Assembly (NCBI GenBank): GCA_965202805.1
Contig: OZ241869.1
Span: forward strand, 1,696,001-1,760,000
DNA from: Longimicrobiales bacterium
GTDB lineage: Bacteria; Gemmatimonadota; Gemmatimonadetes; Longimicrobiales; Gaopeijiaceae
Direction: 5' to 3'
DNA: 64,000 nt
The position numbers were made by a program, and so were the translations under genes. Of the stretch, positions 36,634 through 47,600 are shown piece after piece. The notes beneath the pieces are model-generated. The model searched no databases and was not told where the DNA came from. It saw only the letters and a list, made by a program, of their open reading frames with translations. Every line of letters begins with the position of its first letter. The stretch's first letter is position 1.

Positions 36634-38196
36634 TCAGCGAATCGGTACCCGGATCCAGATCTGATGGGTCAGCACGGTTACATCCTGAAGGGTCAGCGCG
36701 CCCCGGGGCGCGGCGATGAAATCCGGGGACGCCGGGGCCGCAGCGGCCATCTCCTGCTGGGCGAAGAAGTCATCGATGCCCGGAAAGCCGGTGCCCGACG
36801 TGATGCGGGTGCTCGAGTGCAACTCGAAGTCGCGGGAGCGGAAGTGGACCCCGAACGAGGGCGTCCACTCGGTCCACGCCTCGTCCTGATCGCGCGAAGT
36901 GGCCTCGACATGGTCGTCCTGCTCCAGGTGATAGGCGTAGGACCGCGCCTCCAGACCGAGCTGGAAGCCGAACCTGTCGTAGCGCTGTGCGAACCCTGAA
37001 CGCAGGACGACGTTGGAGAAGGTGAAGTGGTTCTCGATCGTCATGTCGCCGATTTCGAGGACGCCCCTGGGCGTTTCCATGCGACGTTCGGCCTCCTGCC
37101 AGGTGTGGCTCCAGATCGGCTGGTAGGCGACGTCTATGCCGAAGGAGGTCGACTTCCGGTGCCGCCCGATGCCGAGGCCCATCTCGTAGGCCCAGGTCGT
37201 TCCCGGGTCGCGCGGGATGTTCTGGATCTCGTAGTTGGGGATTTTGGGATGCGATTTGCGGTTCGCGGTCAGGGTCGCGCCGATGCTCCATCCTTCCGCC
37301 CCCAGCTGCCGGTCCCACTCCAGGTGCCCGCCCAGGGTGCGGGTCTTGTCCTCGTTGAGCTCCTCCCTGAACTCGAACGTGGGTTCCCAGGTGACGGTGT
37401 CCCGGGCGACGACGTCGGCGAAGTGCACCTCGTGCTCCATCGAGACCCGGTTGTGGATCAGCGTGAAGCCGATCCGGTCGCGTTCTCCGTCACGGAAGAC
37501 GCCCGCCCGCAGGTCGGTGACGGCGCCCTGCTGGTCTATGCGGTCGGCCCCCGCGTAGAGCTGGTCCACGCCGGTCATCATGTTCAGACCGGCCCGGAAG
37601 ACGGCGAGCCCGACCGACCAGTCCGAGTCGGCCAGCTTCCGGCCGATTGCCGCGCGCCCGTACAGGTTGCGCGCCGACCGCTCCGACAGCCGGGAAACCC
37701 TCGGAGCGGGCCAGGGCTCGATCCAGGCGCCGGGCTCCGTCCGGCCACTCAACTGCTGGAGCGCGACCGATGCCCCTCCGAACCAGGCGCCGTCCCGCAG
37801 GAGGCCGGTGAAGGGAAAGGTCTTCCCGCCGCCGCCATCGTCGGACACGCCGAAAAAGGTCGGGGCTCCGATGATGACGGACTCTCGAATGAACACACCC
37901 TTCGCGGGATTCGACCAGAGGTCGGCGATCGAGTCGTCCACGGCGATGGTGGTGCCGGCCATCCCCAGAGTCGCCGACGGCACCGTGAGGAACTGGTCGC
38001 CGCTCGCGACCGGGACGGTGCGGATGGGGATCAGTTGGGCGCTGAGGTGGGAAGCTGCCAGGAACAAGCACCCAAGGAACGCGATGAGACCGGAAATGAC
38101 GGACAATCGCCGCGGTATTCCGGGTATATTGTGGTTTCGCCAATACGCTCCTGCATCGCTATTGCGAGACTTCATCAGACCAATCATGCGAGACAT
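36634..38196 (-). CDS. exported, probable outer-membrane beta-barrel protein
   Basis: Signal-like segment ending LSA-Q, WSNPAK, amphipathic strands, C-terminal IWIRVPIR. Confidence 0.7.
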   Translation of the reverse strand: MSRMIGLMKSRNSDAGAYWRNHNIPGIPRRLSVISGLIAFLGCLFLAASHLSAQLIPIRTVPVASGDQFLTVPSATLGMAGTTIAVDDSIADLWSNPAKGVFIRESVIIGAPTFFGVSDDGGGGKTFPFTGLLRDGAWFGGASVALQQLSGRTEPGAWIEPWPAPRVSRLSERSARNLYGRAAIGRKLADSDWSVGLAVFRAGLNMMTGVDQLYAGADRIDQQGAVTDLRAGVFRDGERDRIGFTLIHNRVSMEHEVHFADVVARDTVTWEPTFEFREELNEDKTRTLGGHLEWDRQLGAEGWSIGATLTANRKSHPKIPNYEIQNIPRDPGTTWAYEMGLGIGRHRKSTSFGIDVAYQPIWSHTWQEAERRMETPRGVLEIGDMTIENHFTFSNVVLRSGFAQRYDRFGFQLGLEARSYAYHLEQDDHVEATSRDQDEAWTEWTPSFGVHFRSRDFELHSSTRITSGTGFPGIDDFFAQQEMAAAAPASPDFIAAPRGALTLQDVTVLTHQIWIRVPIR

Positions 38197-38247
38197 CCTC
38201 CCTCACCCTTCTGGAAATGGATCGATCCGCGGTGAGCCGCGGCATGT

Positions 38248-38282
38248 ATCCAGGGAGCGAATGGAAAGCCCGGTTTGTGACG
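38248..38282 (-). promoter_or_regulatory. putative ECF-sigma promoter GTCACA-N16-CGCTC
   Basis: Matches the element upstream of the ECF gene, including the trailing CCTGGAT. Confidence 0.65.
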
Positions 38283-38395
38283 GCGGGTTGGACGCGGACG
38301 CGAAGGCAGAGCCTGCAGTCCCAGCTCGAACGCGAGGCCCCACGATCCGCCCGCGACTCGGACGGCGGCGGGCGTGAGGATGTAAGGGTGGGACC

Positions 38396-40678
38396 TCAGA
38401 AGGTGATCGCGACGCCGATCACGGGCAGGAAGGGGCGCTCCGCGAGCGGGGTCAGGGAATCGCCGCGCCAGGGCTGGAAGGCGTAGAAGAGGGCGTCGCG
38501 GCGTCGCAGGGCGTTGATCACGCGCAGGTAGGGGCGCACGATCCAGTCATGGCCGCCCCACTGAGCGGTCAGCCGGGCGTGCAGTTCGAAGTCGAGGCGG
38601 AGGAAGTCGTCGTCCAGTCCTTGCAAGAGGGGCGAATCGGCGGCGGCCAGAGGCTGGAGCGCGGTCGTATCGGGCGGCTCCGGTGGTGGTGCGGTGGGCG
38701 CGGCAGCCTCCTGATCGAGACCCAGGGAGCGGAAGGGAATGGCGGTATACGGGAGGCCGGCACCGTACGCCAACCGGAATTCGCCGCGCACCGGTCCCCA
38801 GAGCTCGCTTGACACCCCCGCGGTGAGCAGGTGGCGGCCGGCGAAGTCGCGGCTGTAGCCGGACAGGTCGCGGTCGGACCAGAACCAGGAGAGGCCGTAT
38901 CCGAGCCAGACCACCTCTCGCTCGCCGGCGCTGCTCAGACGGACGTCGACGCCGGAGCTGCGGATCGATTCGCCACCGCTCGAAGCCGCCGCCAGCCCCT
39001 CGTACCCCTTCCAGAAGCCGTGCAGCCCGAGACGCACGCGCCCGGCCAGCAGCTGATCGAGTGAGACTACGACGTGGTCGGCCCGGGCCATCGGGAGGAG
39101 TTGCGGCGCGGACAGGTCGGAGGAGACGACCTCCTGGAGCGTGCGCTCGACCTCCACGTCCGGGGTGCGCGTGGGCTGGTGGTAGCGCCCGACCGCCACG
39201 CTCAGGAGCGCGCGGGGGTCGAAGGCCCACGCGAGGCGGGCGCGGGGAGCGAGGGCCAGGTCGCCGTCCGGGAAGAAGTCGGCGCGCACGCCCGCGCGCA
39301 GGGTGACCGCCGGCGCGAGCAGGCGGACGGCGTCGACATGGAGGCCGGTGGTGGTGTGGGTGGCGGCGGTCCTGGTGCCCACGCCGGCGGTTGGATCGCG
39401 CGCGCCGTAGGACGCATCGATGAAGTTGTGGGACACGCCGACCACCGTGCGGGCGGCGGCCCCTCCCCATTCCACCTCGGCGAGCAGGCGCGCGCGCCGG
39501 TTGGCGCCGGTCGCGAGCAGTGGGCCGGCCACGGGCACCGAATCGGTACTCGCCGGCTGCAGCGGAAGCGAGGCGTCATAGTCGCTGGCAGCCGCCAGAG
39601 CGCGCACGCGCGCACCTCCGGCGGCGCCTTCGTAGCTGAGCGAGAGGGCGCGGTTCGACCAGGTGGCGTCGTCGGGCGCGGCCTGGTAGTCGAGGAGCAC
39701 CGCCTCGGAATTGCGGAAGGCGGTGACGCCGATGCGATGGTCGTCGCCGGGTTCGTACTCCGCCGCCAACAGCACGTCCGAATACCCGTAGGGACGGTCG
39801 CCGCCCAGGGGTCCCGATCCGACATCGTGGAGCCCGCGCGCCGAGGCGAGAAAGCCGCCCCGGGGGCCCAGTGGGCCCTCCACCGCGCCCGATGCGGTGA
39901 GCAGATCGAGGGCCGTCGAGGCGCGCAACCGGTCGCGGCGGGGCGAACGGGTGCGGAGGTCGAGGATGTGGGTCAGACCACCGTCGTAGCGCGCGGGAGC
40001 CCCGCCCCGGTGGAGCGCGGCGGCCCCCAGCAGCGCCGGCTCGAACCCGGGCATCAGCCCGGCCACGTGAAACGGGGTGTACACCGGCGCGCCGTCGAGC
40101 AGGACGAGCTTCATGTCAGCGGTGGAGCCCCTCAGGTAGAGGACATCGGTGGCGCTGGCGGGATCGTTGCCGGGAAGCGCGCGCACCGCCGCAGCCAGGG
40201 CGGGATCCCCCACCCCCGGGGTCAGGTCGAGCGCCTGGATCTCCAGTTCCGGTATGGGCCGTGGTCGTCCGGGCTCGTCCCCGCCGGTGCTCCCGCCGAC
40301 AAGCCGGTCGGCCCGGACCTCGACCGGGTCGAGGCGCAGCGGCCGTCCGGTGAGTTCGAGGTCGACGCGCACCGAAGCGCCGGCAGCCACGGTGACCTCG
40401 ACCGCGATCGCCTCGTAACCGGGGTGGCGCACACGCACGGTGACCACGCCGGGCCGGAGCCCTTCCAGGGAATAGCGGCCATCCTCGCCCGCCTGCACCC
40501 ACCGCCGACCCGCGGGGGTCTCGACCGCCAGCAGGGCATGCGGGAGAGCGCCGCTGCGGTCCCGGAAGACCCCGGTGACCGTTCCGTGCAGAGCAGCGTC
40601 CGCACCATCGGGGGCGGCCTGAGGGCCGGCGATGCCCGCGAAGGCGGGAATGGCCCAGATCGCGATCACGCCGACCAT
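38396..40678 (-). CDS. TonB-dependent receptor-like protein with N-terminal carboxypeptidase-regulatory-like domain
   Basis: LHGTVTG..DGRYSLEGL..HPGY, LYLRGS..LLDGAPVY..H, GGAPARYDGGL, LAPR, C-terminal VAITF. Confidence 0.8.
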   Translation of the reverse strand: MVGVIAIWAIPAFAGIAGPQAAPDGADAALHGTVTGVFRDRSGALPHALLAVETPAGRRWVQAGEDGRYSLEGLRPGVVTVRVRHPGYEAIAVEVTVAAGASVRVDLELTGRPLRLDPVEVRADRLVGGSTGGDEPGRPRPIPELEIQALDLTPGVGDPALAAAVRALPGNDPASATDVLYLRGSTADMKLVLLDGAPVYTPFHVAGLMPGFEPALLGAAALHRGGAPARYDGGLTHILDLRTRSPRRDRLRASTALDLLTASGAVEGPLGPRGGFLASARGLHDVGSGPLGGDRPYGYSDVLLAAEYEPGDDHRIGVTAFRNSEAVLLDYQAAPDDATWSNRALSLSYEGAAGGARVRALAAASDYDASLPLQPASTDSVPVAGPLLATGANRRARLLAEVEWGGAAARTVVGVSHNFIDASYGARDPTAGVGTRTAATHTTTGLHVDAVRLLAPAVTLRAGVRADFFPDGDLALAPRARLAWAFDPRALLSVAVGRYHQPTRTPDVEVERTLQEVVSSDLSAPQLLPMARADHVVVSLDQLLAGRVRLGLHGFWKGYEGLAAASSGGESIRSSGVDVRLSSAGEREVVWLGYGLSWFWSDRDLSGYSRDFAGRHLLTAGVSSELWGPVRGEFRLAYGAGLPYTAIPFRSLGLDQEAAAPTAPPPEPPDTTALQPLAAADSPLLQGLDDDFLRLDFELHARLTAQWGGHDWIVRPYLRVINALRRRDALFYAFQPWRGDSLTPLAERPFLPVIGVAITF

Positions 40679-40680
40679 GC

Positions 40681-41409
40681 TCAATTCGGGACCTCGAACG
40701 TCACCAGGTCTTCCCCGCCGGCCGCCGTGGCCGGTCCCGTCACCTCCATCCCGGCCGCGTCCACGACCAGGTAGCTCGCCCCGTTCACGATCAGCGTCGC
40801 CGGCACCACCCCGTCCGGCAGCTCCACCGTGACCGGGCCCGCCACCACGGCGGCCCGCACTTCCCCGCTCCCGTAGGAGAACTCGCTGCCGGTCGCCGCC
40901 AGCACCCCGACGGCCCGGCCGGCGACCCGGCGGACGTCGATGACGGTGCCGGGCACGACGTTCTCCAGTCGAACGACCACCGGTCCGCTCACGACCTCCA
41001 TCCGCCCTCCGACCTGACCAGGCAGCTCCGGCGCCGAGGTGGACGGCGGGGCCGGCGGCGGTCCCCCCGTGAACACGCGCGGGATCCATCCGTTGAACGG
41101 CCCGGGCAGGGCGGACAGCGCACCCGCGCCGATGAGCACGAGCACGGCCGCCCGTCCGAGCCAACCAGGCGTCCAGACGGTGCCGCGCGTCCGGGTGCCC
41201 CGGATCGCATCCCTGCGGCCGCGCCCGATCGGCACCACCAGCGGCACCGTCAGCACCGACAGCGCCTGCTCGACGGCCTCGGCTCGCGACCGGGCATCCT
41301 CCAGGGCCCGCGCACCAGCGGCGGACTCGTTGAGGTGGGCCAGCACCTCATCCCCGACCGGCTCCCGGTCGCGCACCGCGACGATCATTCCTTCCGTCAG
41401 ATGGATCAT
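40681..41409 (-). CDS. putative membrane-anchored anti-sigma factor
   Basis: Overlaps the ECF stop codon; MIHL..AHLNESA (ZAS-like position without Cys), single TM, periplasmic beta domain. Confidence 0.7.
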   Translation of the reverse strand: MIHLTEGMIVAVRDREPVGDEVLAHLNESAAGARALEDARSRAEAVEQALSVLTVPLVVPIGRGRRDAIRGTRTRGTVWTPGWLGRAAVLVLIGAGALSALPGPFNGWIPRVFTGGPPPAPPSTSAPELPGQVGGRMEVVSGPVVVRLENVVPGTVIDVRRVAGRAVGVLAATGSEFSYGSGEVRAAVVAGPVTVELPDGVVPATLIVNGASYLVVDAAGMEVTGPATAAGGEDLVTFEVPN

Positions 41410-41945
41410 CGTCCCGCATCCTCCCCGGACGGTTTCAGGAGTTCGAGAAAGCGGCGCTCGGCCCGGGCCAGCAACGTGCCGACCGACCCGGACGCAATGC
41501 CGACCTGCGCGGCGATCTCGCGATAGCTGAACCCCGAATAGCGGAGCAGCAGGATTTCCCGGCTTCGGTCCGGCATCCTTCCCAGCACCTCGCGTACTCG
41601 TTGCCGCTCCTGCTCGCGCTCCAGGGCACGGTCCGCCTGCTCCGGCCCGGCGTCGTGCACCGGATTGGAAGCCAGCAGCCGCTGTCGGTTGCCGGCCACC
41701 TTTTCCCCGTCGAGGATGAGGTGCCGGGCGGTCGTGAACAGCCACGCTGCGGGATCCGCAGGAGGCTCCCCGGCGTCGCGCCGCCAAAGCCGCACCATCG
41801 CTTCCTGCACGATGTCCTCCGCCGCATCCGGATCTCCGCACCGGTACGTGCAGTAGCGCAGCAGCTTCGGCTTCAACTGGTCGAAGACGTCGCGAAAGGC
41901 CTCTGGCTCCACCCGAGCCCGCTCTCTGTTATGGAGTGTTGTCAT
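41406..41945 (-). CDS. ECF RNA polymerase sigma-70 factor
   Basis: DAAEDIVQEAMVRLW, AWLFTTARH, FSYREIAAQVGIASGSVGTLLARA. Confidence 0.93.
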   Translation of the reverse strand: MTTLHNRERARVEPEAFRDVFDQLKPKLLRYCTYRCGDPDAAEDIVQEAMVRLWRRDAGEPPADPAAWLFTTARHLILDGEKVAGNRQRLLASNPVHDAGPEQADRALEREQERQRVREVLGRMPDRSREILLLRYSGFSYREIAAQVGIASGSVGTLLARAERRFLELLKPSGEDAGR

Positions 41946-41978
41946 CCAGGAAACGACCGGGACACGGAAAATGTGACG
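41944..41978 (-). promoter_or_regulatory. putative autoregulatory ECF promoter GTCACA-N16-CGTTT (leaderless)
   Basis: The -10 ends 5 nt before the sigma ATG; no SD. Confidence 0.65.
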
Positions 41979-42317
41979 GATCGGCCCGCCCCCTCGACCG
42001 GCGTCCGGCAATCGACGCGGGCCATCCTCCTGCTTCCTTCTACCGGCGCCCGCCCGCCACCGTGCCCCGACGGGTTGCGGAAAGCCCCCGCAGGATAGAG
42101 CCTTGAGGTCGGCTGCCCGGGGACCTCCGCGGGCACACGGGCTCGACTGGCGGGAGACTCGGCGGGATTCACGATATTCCGGAGCCTCCGGGCGCACGCG
42201 GGTTCGACCAAGCCGCACCATTGCGGCGATTGGGCCGGGCCAACGGTGTGACCGACGCGAGGGTGGCCGACGCAGCGGTTCGGCATGGGCTGGGTGAACG
42301 AGGACGATACGGGAAAG

Positions 42318-44642
42318 ATGACGCTCTCTCGCATGCGGGCCGCACGCTCCGTGCCCGGCGGCCTCCCGTTCGCAACATCCCTGGTTGCCGCGGTTGTCGC
42401 GGCCCTGCTCGCCCCCTCCGCGCTCCACGGCCAGGCTCCGACCTCCGAGCCCGGCCCTTCGGCGGACGAGCCGCGCACCACGCCCATCCTCATCCCCCGC
42501 ATCTCCGGCCCCATCGAGCTGGACGGCATCGTGGACGAGCCGGCGTGGGACGACCTGGAGCCTCTTCCCGTCACGGTGTTCAGCCCCACCTACGGGGCGC
42601 CGCCCACCGAGACCACCGAGGTGCGGATCGCCCACGACGACGAGTACGTGTACGTGTCCGGCCGGCTCTACGACTCCGAGCCGGAGGCCGTCCGCACCAA
42701 CACCTTCTACCGCGACCGCTACAGCGGCGACGACGGATTCGCCGTCATCTTCGACAGCTACAACGACTTCGAGACCGGCGTCTGGTTCGTCACCAACCCC
42801 TCCGGGAATCGCATCGACCGCACGGTCTACAACGACGCCCAGGTCGTGCCGCGCGCCGGGATGCCGTCGAACGAGGACTGGAATGCGTTCTGGGACGTCG
42901 TCACCAGCCAGAGCGACGAGGGCTGGTTCGCGGAGTTCCGCATCCCCTTCGCCACCCTCGGCTTCCAGGTCGAGGGCGACGAGGTGACGATGGGGTTCAT
43001 CTTTTACCGGATCATCGCGCGCAAGAACGAGCGCCACACCTTCCCGGACATCGATCCGCGCTGGGGCGGGATCGCCTTCGCCAAGCCCTCGCAGGCACAG
43101 CGCGTCGTACTGCGGGGCGTGCAGCAGTCAACGCCCGTATACGTGACGCCCTATGTGCTGGGCGGAGTGCGGCAGACGCCGCAGCTCGTGGATGGTCCCG
43201 GCGGCCCGGAGTCCGCGTGGGAAACCGACCGGGAAGGGTCCCGCGAGGCCGGGCTCGACCTCAAGTACGCCCCCACATCGAACCTGTCGCTGAACGTCAC
43301 CGCCAACACGGACTTCGCGCAGGTGGAGGCGGACAGCGTCCAGGTGAACATCGAGCGCTTCGAGCTGTTCATCCCTGAGAAGCGCCAGTTCTTCCAGGAG
43401 CGCTCGGCGACCTTCGACTTCAACACCGGCGGCCCCTTCAACCGCCTCTTCTACAGCAGGAAGATCGGACTGGACGCGGGCGACATCGTCACGATCTACG
43501 GGGGCGCGCGCGCGGTGGGACGCGTCGGCGGCACCGACTACGGGCTCCTGAACATGCAGACGGCCGCGCACGGGGAACGCTCCTCCGAGAACATGGGCGT
43601 GCTGCGGCTGCGGCAGCAGGTGCTGAACTCCTATTCGAACGTGGGCGCGATGGTCACCAGCCGGCTCGGGACCTACGGGGGAGACAACGTCGCGTACGGG
43701 CTGGACGCGTCGCTGCGGCTGACCGGCGACGAGTACGCGCTCCTGCAGTGGGCGCAGAGCTTCGACGGGGCGACTGCGCACGCGGGCGGCCTGGAGACGG
43801 GATTGCTGAGGGCGCGCTGGGAGCGGCGGCGCGACGTGGGCTTCACCTACTCCTTCGATGCCGTCCGGGTGGGATCCGACTACAACCCGGGCCTCGGGTT
43901 CCAGCGTCGCAAGGCCTATAGCTTCATCGGCGGCGACGTGGCATACGGTTCGTTCCTGGACGACCCGGAGACGATGTTCCGATCACGGGGCGTGACGCTG
44001 ACCGCGCGGCAGTTCACCCGCAACTCGGACGGCACTGCGGAAACCCGGCTCGTGAATCCCGGGCTCGAGGCCCGGTTCAGAAGCGGCGGGCGCGTGGATG
44101 TGGGGCTGGAATCGCAGTACGAGAGCGTGCGCGACGCCTTCCCGATCGCCGACGTGGTGGTGCCGGCGGGCGACTACTGGTTCCACGAGGTGGTTGCAAA
44201 CCTCAACCTCGGCCGCACCGCCAGCTTCCGGGGCCGGTACAGCGTGTCCGCGGGGAGCTTCTACGACGGCAGCCGCTTCAGCCTGTCGGTCGGGCCGATC
44301 TGGAACCTGTCCCGCTATCTGGAGCTGGCCGCCGTGTATTCCCTCAACCGGATCGACTTTTCCGAGCGCGACATGGCCACCACCGCGCACATCGCGCAAC
44401 TGAAGCTGGAGGTGGCGCTCAACACGCACTTCGCCGTGAGCGCCTACGCCCAGTACAACGGGGTGGACGACCTGACCAGCATCAACTCGCGCATCAGGTA
44501 TCACTTCCGCGAGGGCACCGACCTCTGGATCGTCTACAACGAAGGACTGCTCACCGAGCGCGACGCCAACCTGATCCCGCGGACGCCGCTGTCGACGGGC
44601 CGGTCGATCTCGCTGAAGTACTCGCAGACGTTCGCGTGGTGA
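42318..44642 (+). CDS. DUF5916 / CBM9-like outer membrane protein
   Basis: IELDGIVDEPAW, GWFAEFRIPF, TANTDFAQVEAD, EKRQFFQE, LFYSRKIG. Confidence 0.85.
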   Translation: MTLSRMRAARSVPGGLPFATSLVAAVVAALLAPSALHGQAPTSEPGPSADEPRTTPILIPRISGPIELDGIVDEPAWDDLEPLPVTVFSPTYGAPPTETTEVRIAHDDEYVYVSGRLYDSEPEAVRTNTFYRDRYSGDDGFAVIFDSYNDFETGVWFVTNPSGNRIDRTVYNDAQVVPRAGMPSNEDWNAFWDVVTSQSDEGWFAEFRIPFATLGFQVEGDEVTMGFIFYRIIARKNERHTFPDIDPRWGGIAFAKPSQAQRVVLRGVQQSTPVYVTPYVLGGVRQTPQLVDGPGGPESAWETDREGSREAGLDLKYAPTSNLSLNVTANTDFAQVEADSVQVNIERFELFIPEKRQFFQERSATFDFNTGGPFNRLFYSRKIGLDAGDIVTIYGGARAVGRVGGTDYGLLNMQTAAHGERSSENMGVLRLRQQVLNSYSNVGAMVTSRLGTYGGDNVAYGLDASLRLTGDEYALLQWAQSFDGATAHAGGLETGLLRARWERRRDVGFTYSFDAVRVGSDYNPGLGFQRRKAYSFIGGDVAYGSFLDDPETMFRSRGVTLTARQFTRNSDGTAETRLVNPGLEARFRSGGRVDVGLESQYESVRDAFPIADVVVPAGDYWFHEVVANLNLGRTASFRGRYSVSAGSFYDGSRFSLSVGPIWNLSRYLELAAVYSLNRIDFSERDMATTAHIAQLKLEVALNTHFAVSAYAQYNGVDDLTSINSRIRYHFREGTDLWIVYNEGLLTERDANLIPRTPLSTGRSISLKYSQTFAW

Positions 44643-44681
44643 GGGGGGAGACGCGGCGCGCTCCGGCCTCCAGCTGATCCC

Positions 44682-47600
44682 TCACCCCAGCGCCCCCGCC
44701 AGCACCACCGCCGCATGCACTGCTTCGCGGCCGCTTCCGTGCGCGATCTGGCTCCGGCAGCTGGTGCCGTCTGCGACGACCAGGGCGTCGTCCGGGGCCG
44801 CGTGTACCGCGGGCAGCAGGTCCAGCTCCGCCATCTTCATCGACAGCTCGTAGTGCTCCGCCTCATAACCGAAGGAGCCTGCCATGCCGCAGCAGCCGGA
44901 CTTGATGACGGTGGGCCGGAGCCCGGGAATCCAGTCGAGAACCCGGGGCGTGGCCTCGAAGGCGCCGAAGGCCTTCTGATGGCAGTGCCCGTGGATTAGG
45001 GCCGAGTCCGCTCGCAACGGCCGAAGATCGAGTCTCGGGCGAATCCGTTCCTCATCGCGGGCGAGGAGTTCCTCCAGCAGCAGAGCGCGTTCGGCAACGT
45101 TGGCCGACTCGGCACCCGGGAGCATCGCCGGGATCTCGTCGCGAAGGGTGAGCAGGCACGAGGGTTCGAGGCCGACGATGGCCGCATCGCGGACGCGGGC
45201 GGCCGATAGCGCGTCCAGCAGCCGGTGCGCCTCCGTTCGAGCCTCCTCCACGAGTCCCGCGTTGAGGTATGTGCGGCCACAGCACAGGGGACGGGAACCG
45301 GAACGCGGCCCGGAGCCATTCCGCGGCCCGCCATTTCGGGGCCTGCCATTCCGGGGCCTGCCAGTCCGGGGCCTGAAAACACGCCGCTTCCGGGCACTCG
45401 TCCGGCGCCCCGGCCCACCCCGCGCCGCACGCCGGGCCAACGCCCCGGCCACCTCAACCCGATACCCCCCGGCCTCCAGCACCTTCATCGCCGCGCGCGC
45501 GTTCTCGGGCTCGAAGTAACGGCTGAAGGTGTCGACCAGCAGCAGCACCTCGGGCTCACCCCGAAGGGCCGGAGGATTCCGGAAGGGCCTGCTGGACCAC
45601 CTCGGCAGGGCACGTTCGCGGGCGATGCCGGCAAGCCGCTCGCCCACGCCCCGCAGAATCCGACTCCGTCCCCCGAGGTTGATGAGAGGCGCCAGCCGCG
45701 CGCCCCGCGCCGCAAGCCGCGGCAGATGCGCGAGCGCGAGATCCCGCGCGCCGGCGGGATGCTTCTTCCGGTAGTGGTGCAGGAACTCGACCTTCATGCG
45801 GGCCATGTCCACGCCCGCCGGGCATTCGCGGCGGCACGCCTTGCAGCCGATGCACAGGTCGAAGACCTCCTTCATCTCCGGCGAGCGCATCGCGTCGGAA
45901 CCCAGCTGCCCGGTCAACGCCAGCCGAAGCGCATTCGCGCGCCCGCGGGTGACGTGCTTCTCGTCGCCGGTGACCCGGTACGACGGGCACATGGTCCCCG
46001 GGTCGGACTTCCGGCAAGCGCCGTTGTTGTTGCACATCTCGGCGGCGCCGGCCAGACCGCCCCACCGGCTCCAGTCGAGGGTGGTCTCGAAGGGCCGGTG
46101 GGCGTAGCCGGGGCGGTAGCGCATGAGGCTGCGGTCGTCCATGCGCGGGGGATCGACGATCTTGCCGGGATTCATGAAGCCGTGCGGATCGAAGGCCTGC
46201 TTCACCTCTCCGAAGGCCGCCGCCAGCCGCCGCCCCATCAGCCCCTCGATGAACTCCGAGCGGACCAGCCCGTCGCCGTGCTCCCCGGAATGGGATCCTC
46301 CCAGGTCGAGCACGACCTCGTGCACCTCGGAGGCGATGGCGCGCATGCGGCCCACGTCGGGCCCCTGCTTGAGGTTGAGCGACGGGCGCACGTGCAGGCA
46401 TCCCACCGACGCGTGCGCGTACCAGGTGCCGTCGGCCCCGTGCCGGCCGAACACCTCGTTGACCCGCACGCCGAATTCCGCCAGGCGCGGCAGGGGCACG
46501 GCGCAGTCCTCCATGAAGGAGACCGGCTTCACGTCGCCTGGGGACGACATGACGATGCTCAGGCCGGCCTTGCGCACGCCCCAGACCCGGGCCTGGTCGG
46601 CCGGGGTGAGCGCGCGCCGCATGGGGCCCGGGTGGCCCAGATCGCCCATCAGCTGCTCGAGCCGGTTCAGCCCCTCATGCGCGGCGCGCTCTTCGAACGC
46701 CGAGAACTCCACCACCAGCACCGCCCCCGGACTTCCGGGAAAGACCCGCTCCACCACGGGGCGGAAGGTGGGGTTCGCGCAGGCCAGGCGGAGCACGTTG
46801 TCGTCCATCAGCTCGACCGCGGTGGGATCGAGGGTGACGATGTGCTGCACGGCATCGAGCGCGCTCTCGAGGTCGGGGAAACGGCAGATGCCCAGCAGGC
46901 GGTGCGGGGGCAGGCGGGCCAGATCGAGCTCGATGGAGGTGAAGAAGGCGAGCGTTCCCTCCGAGCCCACCAGCAGCGGCGCCAGGTTCAGCCCGGGACG
47001 CTCCAGGCGATGCAGGTTGTAGCCGGCGACGTGCCGGAGAACCCTGGGGACGCGCCTCGCCAACTCCTCCGCCTCGCGGGCGCGGATCTCCCACATGCGG
47101 CGCGCGAGGTGGAGTCCCGCGTCTCCGTTCCCTCCCTGCGAGCGCCCGCCGCGTCCAGACGATCCGTCACCGCCTTCGGGTGACCCATCTCGCGCTCCGG
47201 CATCCCTCAGCCACCCCTCCGGCGCCTCCCCGAAGCGGAGCGCGGTTCCGTCCGCGAGCACGGCGTCGATGGCGCGCACCCGGTCGGCCATGATGCCGTA
47301 GCGGATCGACCGCGCCCCGGAGCTGTTGTTCCCCGCCATGCCGCCCAGGGTGGCCCGGCTGGCGGTCGCCACATCCACCGGATAGAACAGTCCGTGCGGC
47401 GCCAGCCACCGGTTCAGGTCGTCGAGCACCACGCCGGGCTCGACCCGCACGGTCTCCGCGTCCACGTCCAGGCGGGAGATCGCGCCCAGGTGCTTGCTGG
47501 TGTCGACCACCAGCGCCCGCCCCACCGCCTGCCCGCCCTGCGACGTCCCCGCCCCCCGCGGCAGCACCGGCACCCCTTCCTGCACGGCGATCCCGATCGC

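Noticed and set aside
38396..43037. Long N-terminal extensions in the ORF track (41164, 41841, 43037; also 59228, 17329, 18822)
   Set aside because: They overlap neighbouring genuine genes; starts were reassigned to the ATGs that give stop/start coupling and sensible domains.
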